Assembly: GCA_965237525.1 (NCBI GenBank)
Contig: CBDEFO010000008.1
Span: 1,312,001-1,376,000 of the forward strand
Direction: 5' to 3'
DNA: 64,000 nucleotides
Origin: Candidatus Latescibacterota bacterium
GTDB taxonomy: Bacteria; Latescibacterota; CBDEFO01
The notes under the pieces were generated by a model. It saw nothing but the letters and a program-made list of their open reading frames with translations, had not been told where the DNA came from and made no database searches. Of the stretch, positions 1 through 9,502 are shown piece after piece. Position numbers and translations under genes: made by a program. Each line of letters begins with the position of its first letter. The stretch's first letter is position 1.

Positions 1-1
1 T

Positions 2-2968
2 GCCCTATTCACAGCCACGGCGGCCGAAGAGGCCCTGATCTCCATCCAGAAAGCGTTAGATCATACTCTCACCGACAGAATACCCCTAATAGTCTATAAC
101 TCCCATAACAGATTCCTTGAAACCAACGTCATATATGAACTTCTGACAGAAGGGGTGGGTGGATTCACAGAATTTGCCCAAAACAGAGTTGTCATACCCT
201 ACGAAGGCTCTTACGGCAAATTCAGGCACGTAATACACCACGAACTTACCCACGCTGTGATGTTCGATATGCTCACCGGAGGGAAGGGCCTTCCCGCACT
301 TATAAGTGGACAAGCCACACAGCCCCCGTTATGGGTCGCAGAGGGATTGGCCGAATACCTATCCATGGGATGGGACATGGAGGCAGACAACTTCATGCGC
401 GATGCTGCAATATCCGGATACCTTCCTGACATAGACTCCATCTACGGCGGCCTATTTGCCTACAAAGGCGGACAGTCCATATTCAGATTCATAGCCCAAG
501 AATACGGCGATCGGAAGATCACAGAGTTCCTCTCCAACCTCAAGACCTCCAAAAGTGTCGAAGCCGCCCTTAAATCCTCCATAGGGATCACAGTGGACGA
601 ACTTTCCGAAGCTTGGAGCAAGGAACTTAAAAAAGAACACTGGCCGGAACTTTCCAAAAGAAAAGGTCCCGAAGAGATATCCAAAAAGCTCACCGATCAC
701 AAAAAAGAAGGGGCCTTCCTCAACATCGGTCCTTCATTCTCGCCGAAGGGCGGCAAGATAGCCTTCGTCTCCACCAGAAGAGACTACTCCGACATTTACC
801 TTATGTCCGCCATAGACGGTCAGATCCTTGACCTATTAGTCGAAGGAGAAAAAAAAGACGACTTTGAGTCCCTGCTCCTTTTGCGCCCCGGTATAACCTG
901 GTCTCCCGATGGAACAAAAATCTCCTTCGCGGCAAAGAGCGGCGACAGAAACACCCTTTATGTACTGGAGGTCGGAAAAAAAGACGTCGTCAAAAAGCTC
1001 AAATTAGAACTTGACGGAATGTTCAGTCCTACGTGGTCCCCTGATGGAGACAGGATCGCTGTAGCAGGACTTAAAGACGGTGAATCCGACATCTACGTTG
1101 TGAGTCTTAAGGACGATGGCATCAAGAGAATAACTCACGATCCCTACGACGATCAACACCTTGAGTGGTCCCCCGACGGCAAATACATCGCCTTCTCATC
1201 CGACAGACCCGACGAAACTATAAAACACACAGACCAGATTTGGGAAGATGGATTCAAATATGGACACTATGATATTTTCACCATCACCCCCGACGGTTCA
1301 AAGATGAGACGTATAACCAGCGATCCATCTAACGACCTTTCTCCAACCTGGGGCCCCGAATCGGATAAGATCGCTTTCGTCTCATACAGAACCGGAATAG
1401 GAAACATCTTCATAGCCCACCTCGACACCTCAGTCATCTATCCCATAACCGACCTCGTCACCAGTGTAAAGGACCTCGATTGGTCCCCTGACGGAGACAG
1501 GATAGCCTTTTCATCCTTCCACAAGGGCGGATATGACATTTACACGCTTAAATCCCCCCTGTCCCAGAAAAAAGATATGGCAGAGATAGAACCCACGCTC
1601 TTCATAAGGGATGCATCCAGGGACGTTTCCGAGAATCAGAACAAAGAACAAAAGACTGACCAGCAAAGAATAGCACTTAAAGATACTCTACAATCCGATC
1701 CTGAGGCAACATCTCAAGAACTGGCCGCAGAAGTCCTCCACCTCCAGACTCACCAGGACACGATCGTGGGAACAAGAGGGACATATAGGCCATTTCCCGC
1801 GCGCCTTGAAGAAAAGGACTACAAACTCAACTTCTCTCCCGAATTATTCGTTGCAAACGCCAGATTCTCCTCTTTCTTCGGGTTTAGCGGACTTACCCAA
1901 ATATCCTTTGCAGACGTCCTTGGGAACCACCGCCTCATCTTTGCAAGCGATCTGAACTTCTCCATAAAAAACAGCGATCTATTTGCCTCGTACATTTACC
2001 TTCCCAAGAGGACGGACTACGGAGCAAGTCTCTTCCACACCAGGACCTTCTTCTTTTCAAACGATGGCAACCTAATTGCAGACAGAGTCTACGGCTTAAG
2101 CTTCATAGCCTCCCGCCCCTCAAGCAAATTCACAAGATTCGAACTTGGAGGCACCTTCATCGCCATAGACAGGGAGAAACTCTCCAGAAGGATCTTTCGA
2201 AACTTCAGAAGCGGATTCTTCGCAGGTACCACCAGAGGAATAACCAGCGAGAAGATAGAAAGCAAAAAGGCATTTGTCGTCGAAGCCAACCTCGTCAACG
2301 ATACGGTGCTGCACGGACGGCTCGGTCCCATAGACGGCTCAAGATCTATACTCAAACTCGAATACAGCCCTCCGATACAAAAAGACGGACTGCGGTTTAC
2401 CAGTATATCCTTCGACTGGAGAAAATACTACCGTGTTCTCAAGAATTACAACTTCGTTCTTAGATTTTCCGGTGGAAAGAGCGTCGGTAAGACGCCTCAG
2501 CAGTTTTTCCTGGGGGGAGTCACCAACGAGATCAACCCCGTCTTTGCCGAAGGCAGCGAAATTGCAGACCTTGAAATTGAAGGTATCTTCTTTTCCAGTT
2601 TCGAAGGTCCACTAAGAGGCACAGACTTCCTCGAATTCGTCGGTGATGGCTTTGGGCTTGCCAACATAGAATTTCGATTCCCACTTGTGCAGCAACTCTC
2701 GCTCGGATGGCCCCTTCCCTTCTCCTTCCGCAACATAGGAGGAGCTCTTTTCTTCGACATAGGAGGAGTCTTGGACAAAGATCGCTCCTTTAGTCCATTC
2801 CGTTCGGAAAACGGTCTCCCAGTACTTGAAGACCTCATAGCTGGCTACGGGGTAGGTTCCAGAACCGATCTTGGATTCTTCGTTCTCAAATTCGACGTCG
2901 GATGGAAAACCGACCTGAACACCACGTCCTTGCCCAGATACTACTTCTCGGTGGGAAGAGACTTTTAA
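2..2968 (+). CDS. Peptidase MA-like zincin + TolB-like PD40 beta-propeller + Omp85/BamA-type beta-barrel fusion protein (5' end outside window)
   Basis: Frame is open from base 2. HELTH zinc motif followed by PLWVAEGLAEY; repeated WSPDG PD40 motifs; C-terminal amphipathic beta-strands with an LRG loop motif, NIEFRFP and terminal Phe. Confidence 0.85.
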   Translation, partial: ALFTATAAEEALISIQKALDHTLTDRIPLIVYNSHNRFLETNVIYELLTEGVGGFTEFAQNRVVIPYEGSYGKFRHVIHHELTHAVMFDMLTGGKGLPALISGQATQPPLWVAEGLAEYLSMGWDMEADNFMRDAAISGYLPDIDSIYGGLFAYKGGQSIFRFIAQEYGDRKITEFLSNLKTSKSVEAALKSSIGITVDELSEAWSKELKKEHWPELSKRKGPEEISKKLTDHKKEGAFLNIGPSFSPKGGKIAFVSTRRDYSDIYLMSAIDGQILDLLVEGEKKDDFESLLLLRPGITWSPDGTKISFAAKSGDRNTLYVLEVGKKDVVKKLKLELDGMFSPTWSPDGDRIAVAGLKDGESDIYVVSLKDDGIKRITHDPYDDQHLEWSPDGKYIAFSSDRPDETIKHTDQIWEDGFKYGHYDIFTITPDGSKMRRITSDPSNDLSPTWGPESDKIAFVSYRTGIGNIFIAHLDTSVIYPITDLVTSVKDLDWSPDGDRIAFSSFHKGGYDIYTLKSPLSQKKDMAEIEPTLFIRDASRDVSENQNKEQKTDQQRIALKDTLQSDPEATSQELAAEVLHLQTHQDTIVGTRGTYRPFPARLEEKDYKLNFSPELFVANARFSSFFGFSGLTQISFADVLGNHRLIFASDLNFSIKNSDLFASYIYLPKRTDYGASLFHTRTFFFSNDGNLIADRVYGLSFIASRPSSKFTRFELGGTFIAIDREKLSRRIFRNFRSGFFAGTTRGITSEKIESKKAFVVEANLVNDTVLHGRLGPIDGSRSILKLEYSPPIQKDGLRFTSISFDWRKYYRVLKNYNFVLRFSGGKSVGKTPQQFFLGGVTNEINPVFAEGSEIADLEIEGIFFSSFEGPLRGTDFLEFVGDGFGLANIEFRFPLVQQLSLGWPLPFSFRNIGGALFFDIGGVLDKDRSFSPFRSENGLPVLEDLIAGYGVGSRTDLGFFVLKFDVGWKTDLNTTSLPRYYFSVGRDF

Positions 2969-3038
2969 GCAGTTTAGGGCTAGAAGAGACTTTCAAGCAG
3001 TTTAGGGCTAGAAGAGACTTTCAAGCAGTTTGGGGCAA
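2955..3038 (+). repeat. 28-bp tandem repeat x3 (GAAGAGACTTTYAAGCAGTTTRGGGCWA)
   Basis: Units at 2955-2982, 2983-3010 and 3011-3038; the first contains the stop codon of the upstream gene; no spacers. Confidence 0.95.
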
Positions 3039-3062
3039 AGAGAGTTCTTCGCCTTAGGTTTT

Positions 3063-3992
3063 CTACGCAAACAACGCCTCTGCGAACTCCTCTCTGTCGA
3101 AGTCCCTCAGATCGTCCAGTTTTTCGCCTATCCCTATCATTTTCAGAGGGATATTGAACTTATCTGCCACAGCCACAACTATCCCTCCCTTGGCTGTCCC
3201 ATCTAACTTTGCCAATATCATCCCGGTCAGTTGAATATCTTTGTCGAATTGAGATACTTGCGCAATTGCATTTTGACCCGTTGTCGCATCCAGCACAAGG
3301 AGCGTCTCGTGCGGAGCACCCTCCATTTTCCTTTCTAAAGTGCGCTTTATCTTCTTCAGCTCCTCCATTAGATTTACCTTGGTATGGAGTCGCCCTGCGG
3401 TATCGATGATCAGAATGTCCACATCCCTTGCCACTGCAGCATTTAATGCATCGAATGCAACGGCCGCAGCGTCTGCTCCCATCTGATGCTTCACCAGGTC
3501 CGCCTTCGTTTTCTTTGCCCAAACCTCCAGCTGCTCAATCGCTGCGGCGCGAAACGTGTCACACGCTGCGACCATAACCTTCTTTCCCTGATTTCTGTAC
3601 TGCTCAGATAGCTTCCCTATTGTTGTGGTCTTGCCCACACCGTTCACGCCCACCATCAACACTACGAAAGGCTTCATTTTCTCCCGTTCGGCCTCTTTAT
3701 CCTTATTATTAGAGCGATCCAGAATATCTACAATCGTCTCCCTCAAGAGCGGACTGATCATCTCGGGACTATTCCCCAACTTCCTCTCTTTGACCTTCTC
3801 TTTTACAGTCTCGATGACCTTCAGGCTCGTTTCTACACCCATATCCGCGCCTATCAAGATCTCCTCTATTTCATCCAACATCTCGTCATCAATTCCGTAC
3901 TTCCGCTGCACTACGCCCGCAATTTTCCCGAAGACGTTATCTCTGGTCTTTTCTAAACCATTTTTCAATGTGTCTATGAACTTACTTAGCAT
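3063..3992 (-). CDS. ftsY: Signal recognition particle receptor FtsY
   Basis: GVNGVGKTTTIGKL, DTFRAAA, DTAGRLHT, DATTGQNA, KLDGTAKGG and GIGEKLDDL SRP-GTPase motifs. Confidence 0.97.
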   Translation of the reverse strand: MLSKFIDTLKNGLEKTRDNVFGKIAGVVQRKYGIDDEMLDEIEEILIGADMGVETSLKVIETVKEKVKERKLGNSPEMISPLLRETIVDILDRSNNKDKEAEREKMKPFVVLMVGVNGVGKTTTIGKLSEQYRNQGKKVMVAACDTFRAAAIEQLEVWAKKTKADLVKHQMGADAAAVAFDALNAAVARDVDILIIDTAGRLHTKVNLMEELKKIKRTLERKMEGAPHETLLVLDATTGQNAIAQVSQFDKDIQLTGMILAKLDGTAKGGIVVAVADKFNIPLKMIGIGEKLDDLRDFDREEFAEALFA

Positions 3993-4098
3993 TTTTTAGT
4001 AATCTTTCTTAACACAGCAGGAAAGTAAGCAGTGGGAAGCAGACGGGAAGAGGAAGGGATGACCTCCACGCTGTCTACTGTTTGCTGTCTACCTATCT

Positions 4099-5505
4099 CT
4101 AATGTGCCCCTTTCCTCCTTAATATAACCCATATTGTCCTTAACAGAATCTTCAGATCCATTCTCAAAGACATATTCTCAATGTAATAAAGATCGTATTT
4201 TAACTTCTCCACCACGTCGTCCAGGTTCCTGTCATAGGTGTGCTTGATCTGCGCCCACCCTGTTATCCCCGGCTGCACGTTAAGCCGCTTACTATATAAG
4301 GAGACCTTCTTTTTCAATTTGTCCACAAAGAACGGCCTTTCTGGTCTCGGTCCGACAAAGCTCATATCCCCGTCCAGAACGTTCAGAAACTGAGGGATCT
4401 CATCTAACCTCATCTTCCTCAATACTCTCCCTATCCGTGTCACGCGAGGATCATCTTTCTTTGCCCATACCGGACCTGTCATACTCTCTGCTCCCTCCAC
4501 CATAGACCGGAACTTGTAAGTAGTAAATATTTTCCCTCCTTTGCCGACCCTCTTTTGGCTGAAAAACACAGGCCCCTTAGAATCCAGCTTGATCAAGACA
4601 GCTATTATAACCCACAGCGGGGCAAAACCCACCAAGAATACCACAGACACCAATATATCTAAGATCCTTTTTGCCTTTTTCTCCCATGCCGGCATCAGCT
4701 CCGGCAGGAGTTCCATTAGTGGAAAACCGTAAAGCTGATTCGTTCTGGCGTGTCCGCTCACAATATCGTACAGATCAGGAACTATGCTCATCTTCACGGG
4801 AGATCCGTCGCACGAAGAGACGATCTCCAGGGCCTCATCTCTGGATTCCAACCCTACTATCAGCACCTCCTCTATCTTATAGTCGCTTATAATCTCCGGC
4901 AGTCTTTCCATCTTTCCAAGGACAGGCACACCGTCTATCAGATCACCGCTTCCTTTCTCATTATGTCCGGCAACGAAGCCCATTACGTGATAGCCCAAAG
5001 CAGGAAAGGATCGAACATCGGCAAGGAGTTCTCTTCCCCTTTCCCCTCTGCCGACTATTACCGACCTTCTGGTGCCTATCCCCTTATTCAGAAGACACCT
5101 CTGGAAACTCGCCATCGCCAGCCTTCCCACACTTACAGCCCCTACCATAAACGCCATATATGAGAACAACACTACCCTTGTTCTGGGCAGGGGATCCGGA
5201 TTGTCCGATTCAAACGTCACTGCAAAGGCTAACAGTAGCCCGAACAATACCGCCTTGCTTACAGAGACGATCTCATCTAACCTCGACTGATACTTCCACG
5301 ATCTGTAGAGCCCGAAAAAGAAGAACAAGAAGATCCAGTAGCAAGAAAGAGCCAGAGCCACGTCCCACGACTCGTAAAGCCAAAACGGATCCCTACTCCC
5401 TCCAAACCCGCTCTTAAAAGCCATCCAATGAACAAAAAGGAAAGACAGATTAACCGCAACTATATCGGCTAGAAGGTTGAAAAACCTCTCCCAAAACTTA
5501 GACAC
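4099..5505 (-). CDS. Undecaprenyl-phosphate sugar phosphotransferase (WcaJ/WbaP-like initiating transferase)
   Basis: N-terminal TM helices, a CoA-binding-like domain, and KFRSM, DPRVT, RLDEIPQ, VGPRPE, PGITGWAQ motifs. Confidence 0.93.
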   Translation of the reverse strand: MSKFWERFFNLLADIVAVNLSFLFVHWMAFKSGFGGSRDPFWLYESWDVALALSCYWIFLFFFFGLYRSWKYQSRLDEIVSVSKAVLFGLLLAFAVTFESDNPDPLPRTRVVLFSYMAFMVGAVSVGRLAMASFQRCLLNKGIGTRRSVIVGRGERGRELLADVRSFPALGYHVMGFVAGHNEKGSGDLIDGVPVLGKMERLPEIISDYKIEEVLIVGLESRDEALEIVSSCDGSPVKMSIVPDLYDIVSGHARTNQLYGFPLMELLPELMPAWEKKAKRILDILVSVVFLVGFAPLWVIIAVLIKLDSKGPVFFSQKRVGKGGKIFTTYKFRSMVEGAESMTGPVWAKKDDPRVTRIGRVLRKMRLDEIPQFLNVLDGDMSFVGPRPERPFFVDKLKKKVSLYSKRLNVQPGITGWAQIKHTYDRNLDDVVEKLKYDLYYIENMSLRMDLKILLRTIWVILRRKGAH

Positions 5506-5547
5506 AGTCCTCTTCCCTCGTAAATGAAACGCAGTCGAAAGATTAGT

Positions 5548-5612
5548 CCCCGATTGAGTCTACCCCCGATTTAACCCCCAATTGAATCTATTGGGGGTCG
5601 GGGGGATCGGGG
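5548..5612. repeat. Triple-nested copies of the 21-bp palindromic element
   Basis: Outer CCCCGATTGAGTCT...ATCGGGG encloses CCCCCGATTTAA...TCGGGGG, which encloses CCCCCAATTGAATCTATTGGGGG (5575-5597). Confidence 0.85.
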
Positions 5613-5691
5613 ATAATCAATCTTTTCACACTACAACTGCAGAATCCTCAATTATCCTTACAGGCATATTCTTAAAGAAATCCGAAAACCC

Positions 5692-6714
5692 CTATTCCCC
5701 ACTCCTCAAGATGTTCTTAAGCTTTCCTATTCCATATTTTAAAATAGAGTAACCAAATCCCAGACCGAATCCAAAGTGCAGAGCCATAAAAGCAAGCGGA
5801 AGCACTGGGAAATACCTGAGGTCCCTCTCTCTAAAACACACGAGAAAGCTGGATCCCAGAAGAGCCAAAACATATACAAGCAGCAAAGAAAGAAACAAAA
5901 TGAACATTGTCTTACTGAAAAAGCCTGAAATTCCCAAAACCACCAAACTCAATACAAAAAGTACAGGAATCTGAAACCTGAGCAAGAAGGCTCCTGAAAG
6001 CTTCTTAAAGACATCTAACTTCCAGTACCCGTAACCGAAATACTGCTTGAACAGCTTCCAGAGCGTATCCCTGGAATAATAGTAAGCCTTTATGTGTGAA
6101 ACCAGAAAGATCTTACCACCGGAATTTATCAATCTCCTGTTGAATTCGTAGTCCTGGTTCCTTATCAAGGTACTATCATAATAACCGATCTTGTCGAACA
6201 CCTCTTTCCTGTACGTCCCGAACCAGCCGGTATCCACATATCCCGATTCCCTTGCTATCCTGCAAGGCGAATTTCCTACGCCGAACTTGGACCTCATAGC
6301 CAAGGCTATCGCGCTGGCCTTAAACGTCTTTCCCACAGCTATAACGCTGGGGGCTATACAGTCAGCATCCGTTTTCCCCAAATGCTCTACAACCTGGCTT
6401 ATATAGTTTTCTGGAACATAACTGTGAGACACCAGATAATTTATTACATCTCCAGAGGCTGCCTTCACCGCTGCATTTAGACCCATCGGGGTGGTCTGAT
6501 CCTTATTTTGGACTAACTTGATATTTCCGTTCTTCTCCGCATGCTCCAGCACAATTGCCCTCGACCCGTCGTCTGACATGCCATCGGCCACGATTATCTC
6601 ATACAACTCCTTTGGGTAATCCTGACTCAAAAGAGAATCCAGGCACTCTCCGATATAAGACTCCTCGTTTCGGATAGGAATCACAATAGACAAAAAAATC
6701 TTATTCGATCCCAT
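5692..6714 (-). CDS. Family 2 glycosyltransferase (ExoA-like)
   Basis: SIVIPIRNEE, DGMSDDGS, NQDYEFNRR and QYFGYGYW motifs; C-terminal TM helices. Confidence 0.9.
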   Translation of the reverse strand: MGSNKIFLSIVIPIRNEESYIGECLDSLLSQDYPKELYEIIVADGMSDDGSRAIVLEHAEKNGNIKLVQNKDQTTPMGLNAAVKAASGDVINYLVSHSYVPENYISQVVEHLGKTDADCIAPSVIAVGKTFKASAIALAMRSKFGVGNSPCRIARESGYVDTGWFGTYRKEVFDKIGYYDSTLIRNQDYEFNRRLINSGGKIFLVSHIKAYYYSRDTLWKLFKQYFGYGYWKLDVFKKLSGAFLLRFQIPVLFVLSLVVLGISGFFSKTMFILFLSLLLVYVLALLGSSFLVCFRERDLRYFPVLPLAFMALHFGFGLGFGYSILKYGIGKLKNILRSGE

Positions 6715-7501
6715 TTGCGCCTTGCCTCTCTTTCTGGGCAGCGATCACACAAATCCAGCAGCTGCGCTCTAAAAACAGAGACCTTTCAAAGAGCCACTGA
6801 TCCAGGCGATAAAAGGGAACAAATATCAGATCGAATATCCCATCGCTCCTTGTCAACGCCCTCAAGAACATCGGAAAGAGGGTAAAAAGATGGAACCCCT
6901 TTACACTGACCTTTCCTAAATATCTTTCCATGGCGCGTATGTCGTCCATGACCAGTGGATGCTCGTCTTGAGTCCTTGCCCATGGAGTCAATCGCCTGTA
7001 GAGATTTACAAGTAGATTATGTCCCATTGCCTCCATAAATGCCGCTTTCCCACCGCCTTTCAGGACTCTCCTTATCTCCTCTGCCGCGCTTTCTGTGTCC
7101 AGATGATGCAGGATTCCCGACCCTACAACCAGATCAAAAGACCCGTCCTTAAAAGCTAACACCTCAGAATCCATCCTGCAGAAAGCCATCCTGCCGTTCA
7201 AACCCACGCCCGCCGCTCTGGTTGCAGCCTCATCCAGCCTGTGAGCTGAAAGGTCAACCCCTATCACGATCCCTGCTCCCCCATCTGCCAGTGAAAGTCC
7301 GAGCTTCCCATCGCCACAGCCGTAGTCCAGCACTCTCATATCCTTCAAATTCCCAACTATCGAAGAAAGATAGTCAAATACCACCTGACGCATTTTACCC
7401 TTGTAAAAACCCCTCTCAAACCTCCTCCTCATATCCGCCTTAAGGGAGAAGCCCTCCTCAGCCTCTAATCTCTCCTTTTTATCAGAAGTCATCATAACCA
7501 C
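6701..7501 (-). CDS. Class I SAM-dependent methyltransferase
   Basis: VLDYGCGDG motif I, FDLVVG..LHHL and RRVLKGGG. Confidence 0.9.
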   Translation of the reverse strand: MVMMTSDKKERLEAEEGFSLKADMRRRFERGFYKGKMRQVVFDYLSSIVGNLKDMRVLDYGCGDGKLGLSLADGGAGIVIGVDLSAHRLDEAATRAAGVGLNGRMAFCRMDSEVLAFKDGSFDLVVGSGILHHLDTESAAEEIRRVLKGGGKAAFMEAMGHNLLVNLYRRLTPWARTQDEHPLVMDDIRAMERYLGKVSVKGFHLFTLFPMFLRALTRSDGIFDLIFVPFYRLDQWLFERSLFLERSCWICVIAAQKERQGANGIE

Positions 7502-7584
7502 AGCAAAATGGGAACGATGAAAAAAACTGCAATCTATGTCTACTATCTCCTGTCAGCCGCCCACTTAAGAGATTGCTTCCATCG

Positions 7585-7622
7585 CCCGATTGACCCCCGA
7601 TAGATTCAATCGGGGGCAGGGG
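7585..7622. repeat. Palindromic element (7594-7616) inside a partial second copy, within a degenerate GAGATTGCTT..GCAAT..GAC repeat arm
   Basis: CCCGATTGA[CCCCCGATAGATTCAATCGGGGG]CAGGGG, preceded by GAGATTGCTTCC. Confidence 0.8.
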
Positions 7623-7813
7623 TGGCAATTTTGACAGTCTACTCACTATCGAGGCCCTCTGTAATCGTCTGCACTTGCGATGAGTCATATAAAGGGATGA
7701 TACGCGAAGCAAACTCATAGATTGCTGGGCTTTTTTTTAAAAAGTTATTCAATACTTTTCAAGGTGCCCTTTTCTTCAATGACAGTTTATGGCAAGGCGG
7801 TGCCCGTCTACTG

Positions 7814-9499
7814 CTACTGACTCAGGTTTTCCACCACGAAATTATTCATCGTCAGGACATCCACGCTACCATCCTTGAAAGCCCTTATCACATCTTGGGG
7901 AGAGCACACGATCGGCTCCTCGTGCATATTGAAACTCGTATTTACAATAGATGGAATCCCTGTTTCTTGCTCAAACAATTTGATGATCCTGTAATACTTG
8001 GGATTATCAACTTCTCTCACCACGTGGGGCCTTGCGGTCCCGTCCACGTGTACCACAGCAGGCGCAAGCTCCCTGCCCCTTGCTGTAACATCATAGGTTA
8101 TCGTCATGAATCTTGACGCCACATGATCCTTATTCCAACCGATGTAAAACTCCCCCGCCCTCTCCTCGAGCGTGCTCGGAGCAAAGGGCATAAACTCTGT
8201 CCTATTCAGCCTCTTGTTTAACCAGTTATTTATCGTGGTATCCACAGGATTTGCCAGAATGGATCTGTTCCCCAAAGCCCTCGGACCATATTCCATCCTG
8301 CCGGAAAATCTCCCCACAATCTTCCCTCGGACTAGCCATTCAGCCGTCGCCTGTTCCACATCCTCACAGTGCCGATAATTAAGCCCGCTCCTTTCAAGAG
8401 CCCGCTCCAACTCCCTGTCCTCCCACTCAGGCCCCAGATAGACCGTCTCCTGAAACCTGGGAAAAGTCTTCTTATTCTCCTGAACGTAAGCCCATAAGGC
8501 AGCTCCCATAGCCAGTCCCCCATCTCCCATATTAGGATGCACGTAGACATTATCCACACCCTCTGTCTCCATAATTTTCTGGTTCAGCCTGACATTTGCG
8601 AACACGCCCCCGGATAGGACTACGTTCGACACGTTCGTCCTGACAAGGGCATCCCCTATCAACCCTAACACTACGTCTTCAATCACCCGTTGCGCCGAAG
8701 CTGCCACGTCCTCTCTTTTATACGAATTGGCCAGCTCGCTAAAAAACTCCGTATTCTTATTCAGATCCCTGAAGAGCAGCGGAACCTCACGAGAATGGAA
8801 CTCCCCGTCTCTATAGATAACCACACCGTTGAAGCTATTCCTGCATACATCAGGGTCGCCGTAGGCCGCAAGACCTGTGATCTTCACTTCGTGCCGATTC
8901 CTCTTAAACCCAAGCCCTAAAGTAATCGCACTGTAAAATATCCCCGGAGAATGGTGACCGTTGCACTCCATCAACCTTCTGATGTTCCCATCGGCACCCA
9001 GACTCACAGTTGCGCAAAGCTCATCTCCGACCCCGTCCACCGTCACGATCAAAGCTTCATCCCAGGGGCAGGTATAATATGCGCTTGAAGCGTGAGATAG
9101 ATGATGCTCTACAAACACGATCTTCTTGTTCTCTAACTCCCCCGGTAGTCTTCTCTTCCTGTTTAAAATCAAATTTCTTACCGCTCCCCCAATCCGCCTC
9201 GGAAGGGGGATCCTAGACCTTATGAACGTATCTGTGCAGTATCTTAAGGTCCTCACAGCCCTATCTTTGCAATTTAACCCACTGAGAGCCACCACGTCAA
9301 CATCCGATGGCTGGATCCCTTCCATCTTCAGTACCTGGTCAATTGAATTCAGGGGGAAACGCCCCTCGTTCTTGTTCCTGGTCAGGCGCTCCTCGTTCAC
9401 AGCCGCCCTCACCACCCCACCTACGATCAACACAGCCCCAGCATCGTGAATCAGCTCACGATTGTCAACAGACCAGCCATGTATACCCAATACTACCAT
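7814..9499 (-). CDS. Carbamoyltransferase (NodU/CmcH family)
   Basis: HDAGA, EERLTRNK, HHLSHASSAYY, GGVFANV, EYGPRALGNRSILA, FMPFAPS, HVDGTARP and NTSFNMHEEPIV. Confidence 0.95.
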   Translation of the reverse strand: MVVLGIHGWSVDNRELIHDAGAVLIVGGVVRAAVNEERLTRNKNEGRFPLNSIDQVLKMEGIQPSDVDVVALSGLNCKDRAVRTLRYCTDTFIRSRIPLPRRIGGAVRNLILNRKRRLPGELENKKIVFVEHHLSHASSAYYTCPWDEALIVTVDGVGDELCATVSLGADGNIRRLMECNGHHSPGIFYSAITLGLGFKRNRHEVKITGLAAYGDPDVCRNSFNGVVIYRDGEFHSREVPLLFRDLNKNTEFFSELANSYKREDVAASAQRVIEDVVLGLIGDALVRTNVSNVVLSGGVFANVRLNQKIMETEGVDNVYVHPNMGDGGLAMGAALWAYVQENKKTFPRFQETVYLGPEWEDRELERALERSGLNYRHCEDVEQATAEWLVRGKIVGRFSGRMEYGPRALGNRSILANPVDTTINNWLNKRLNRTEFMPFAPSTLEERAGEFYIGWNKDHVASRFMTITYDVTARGRELAPAVVHVDGTARPHVVREVDNPKYYRIIKLFEQETGIPSIVNTSFNMHEEPIVCSPQDVIRAFKDGSVDVLTMNNFVVENLSQ

Positions 9500-9502
9500 A
9501 TC

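Noticed and set aside
2955..3038. CRISPR array
   Set aside because: Repeats are head-to-tail with no spacers, and there are no cas genes in the window.
7640..7790. Possible gene remnant (NNFLKKSPAIYEFASRII...) between the carbamoyltransferase and the methyltransferase
   Set aside because: Too short and no diagnostic motif; cannot be supported without a search.
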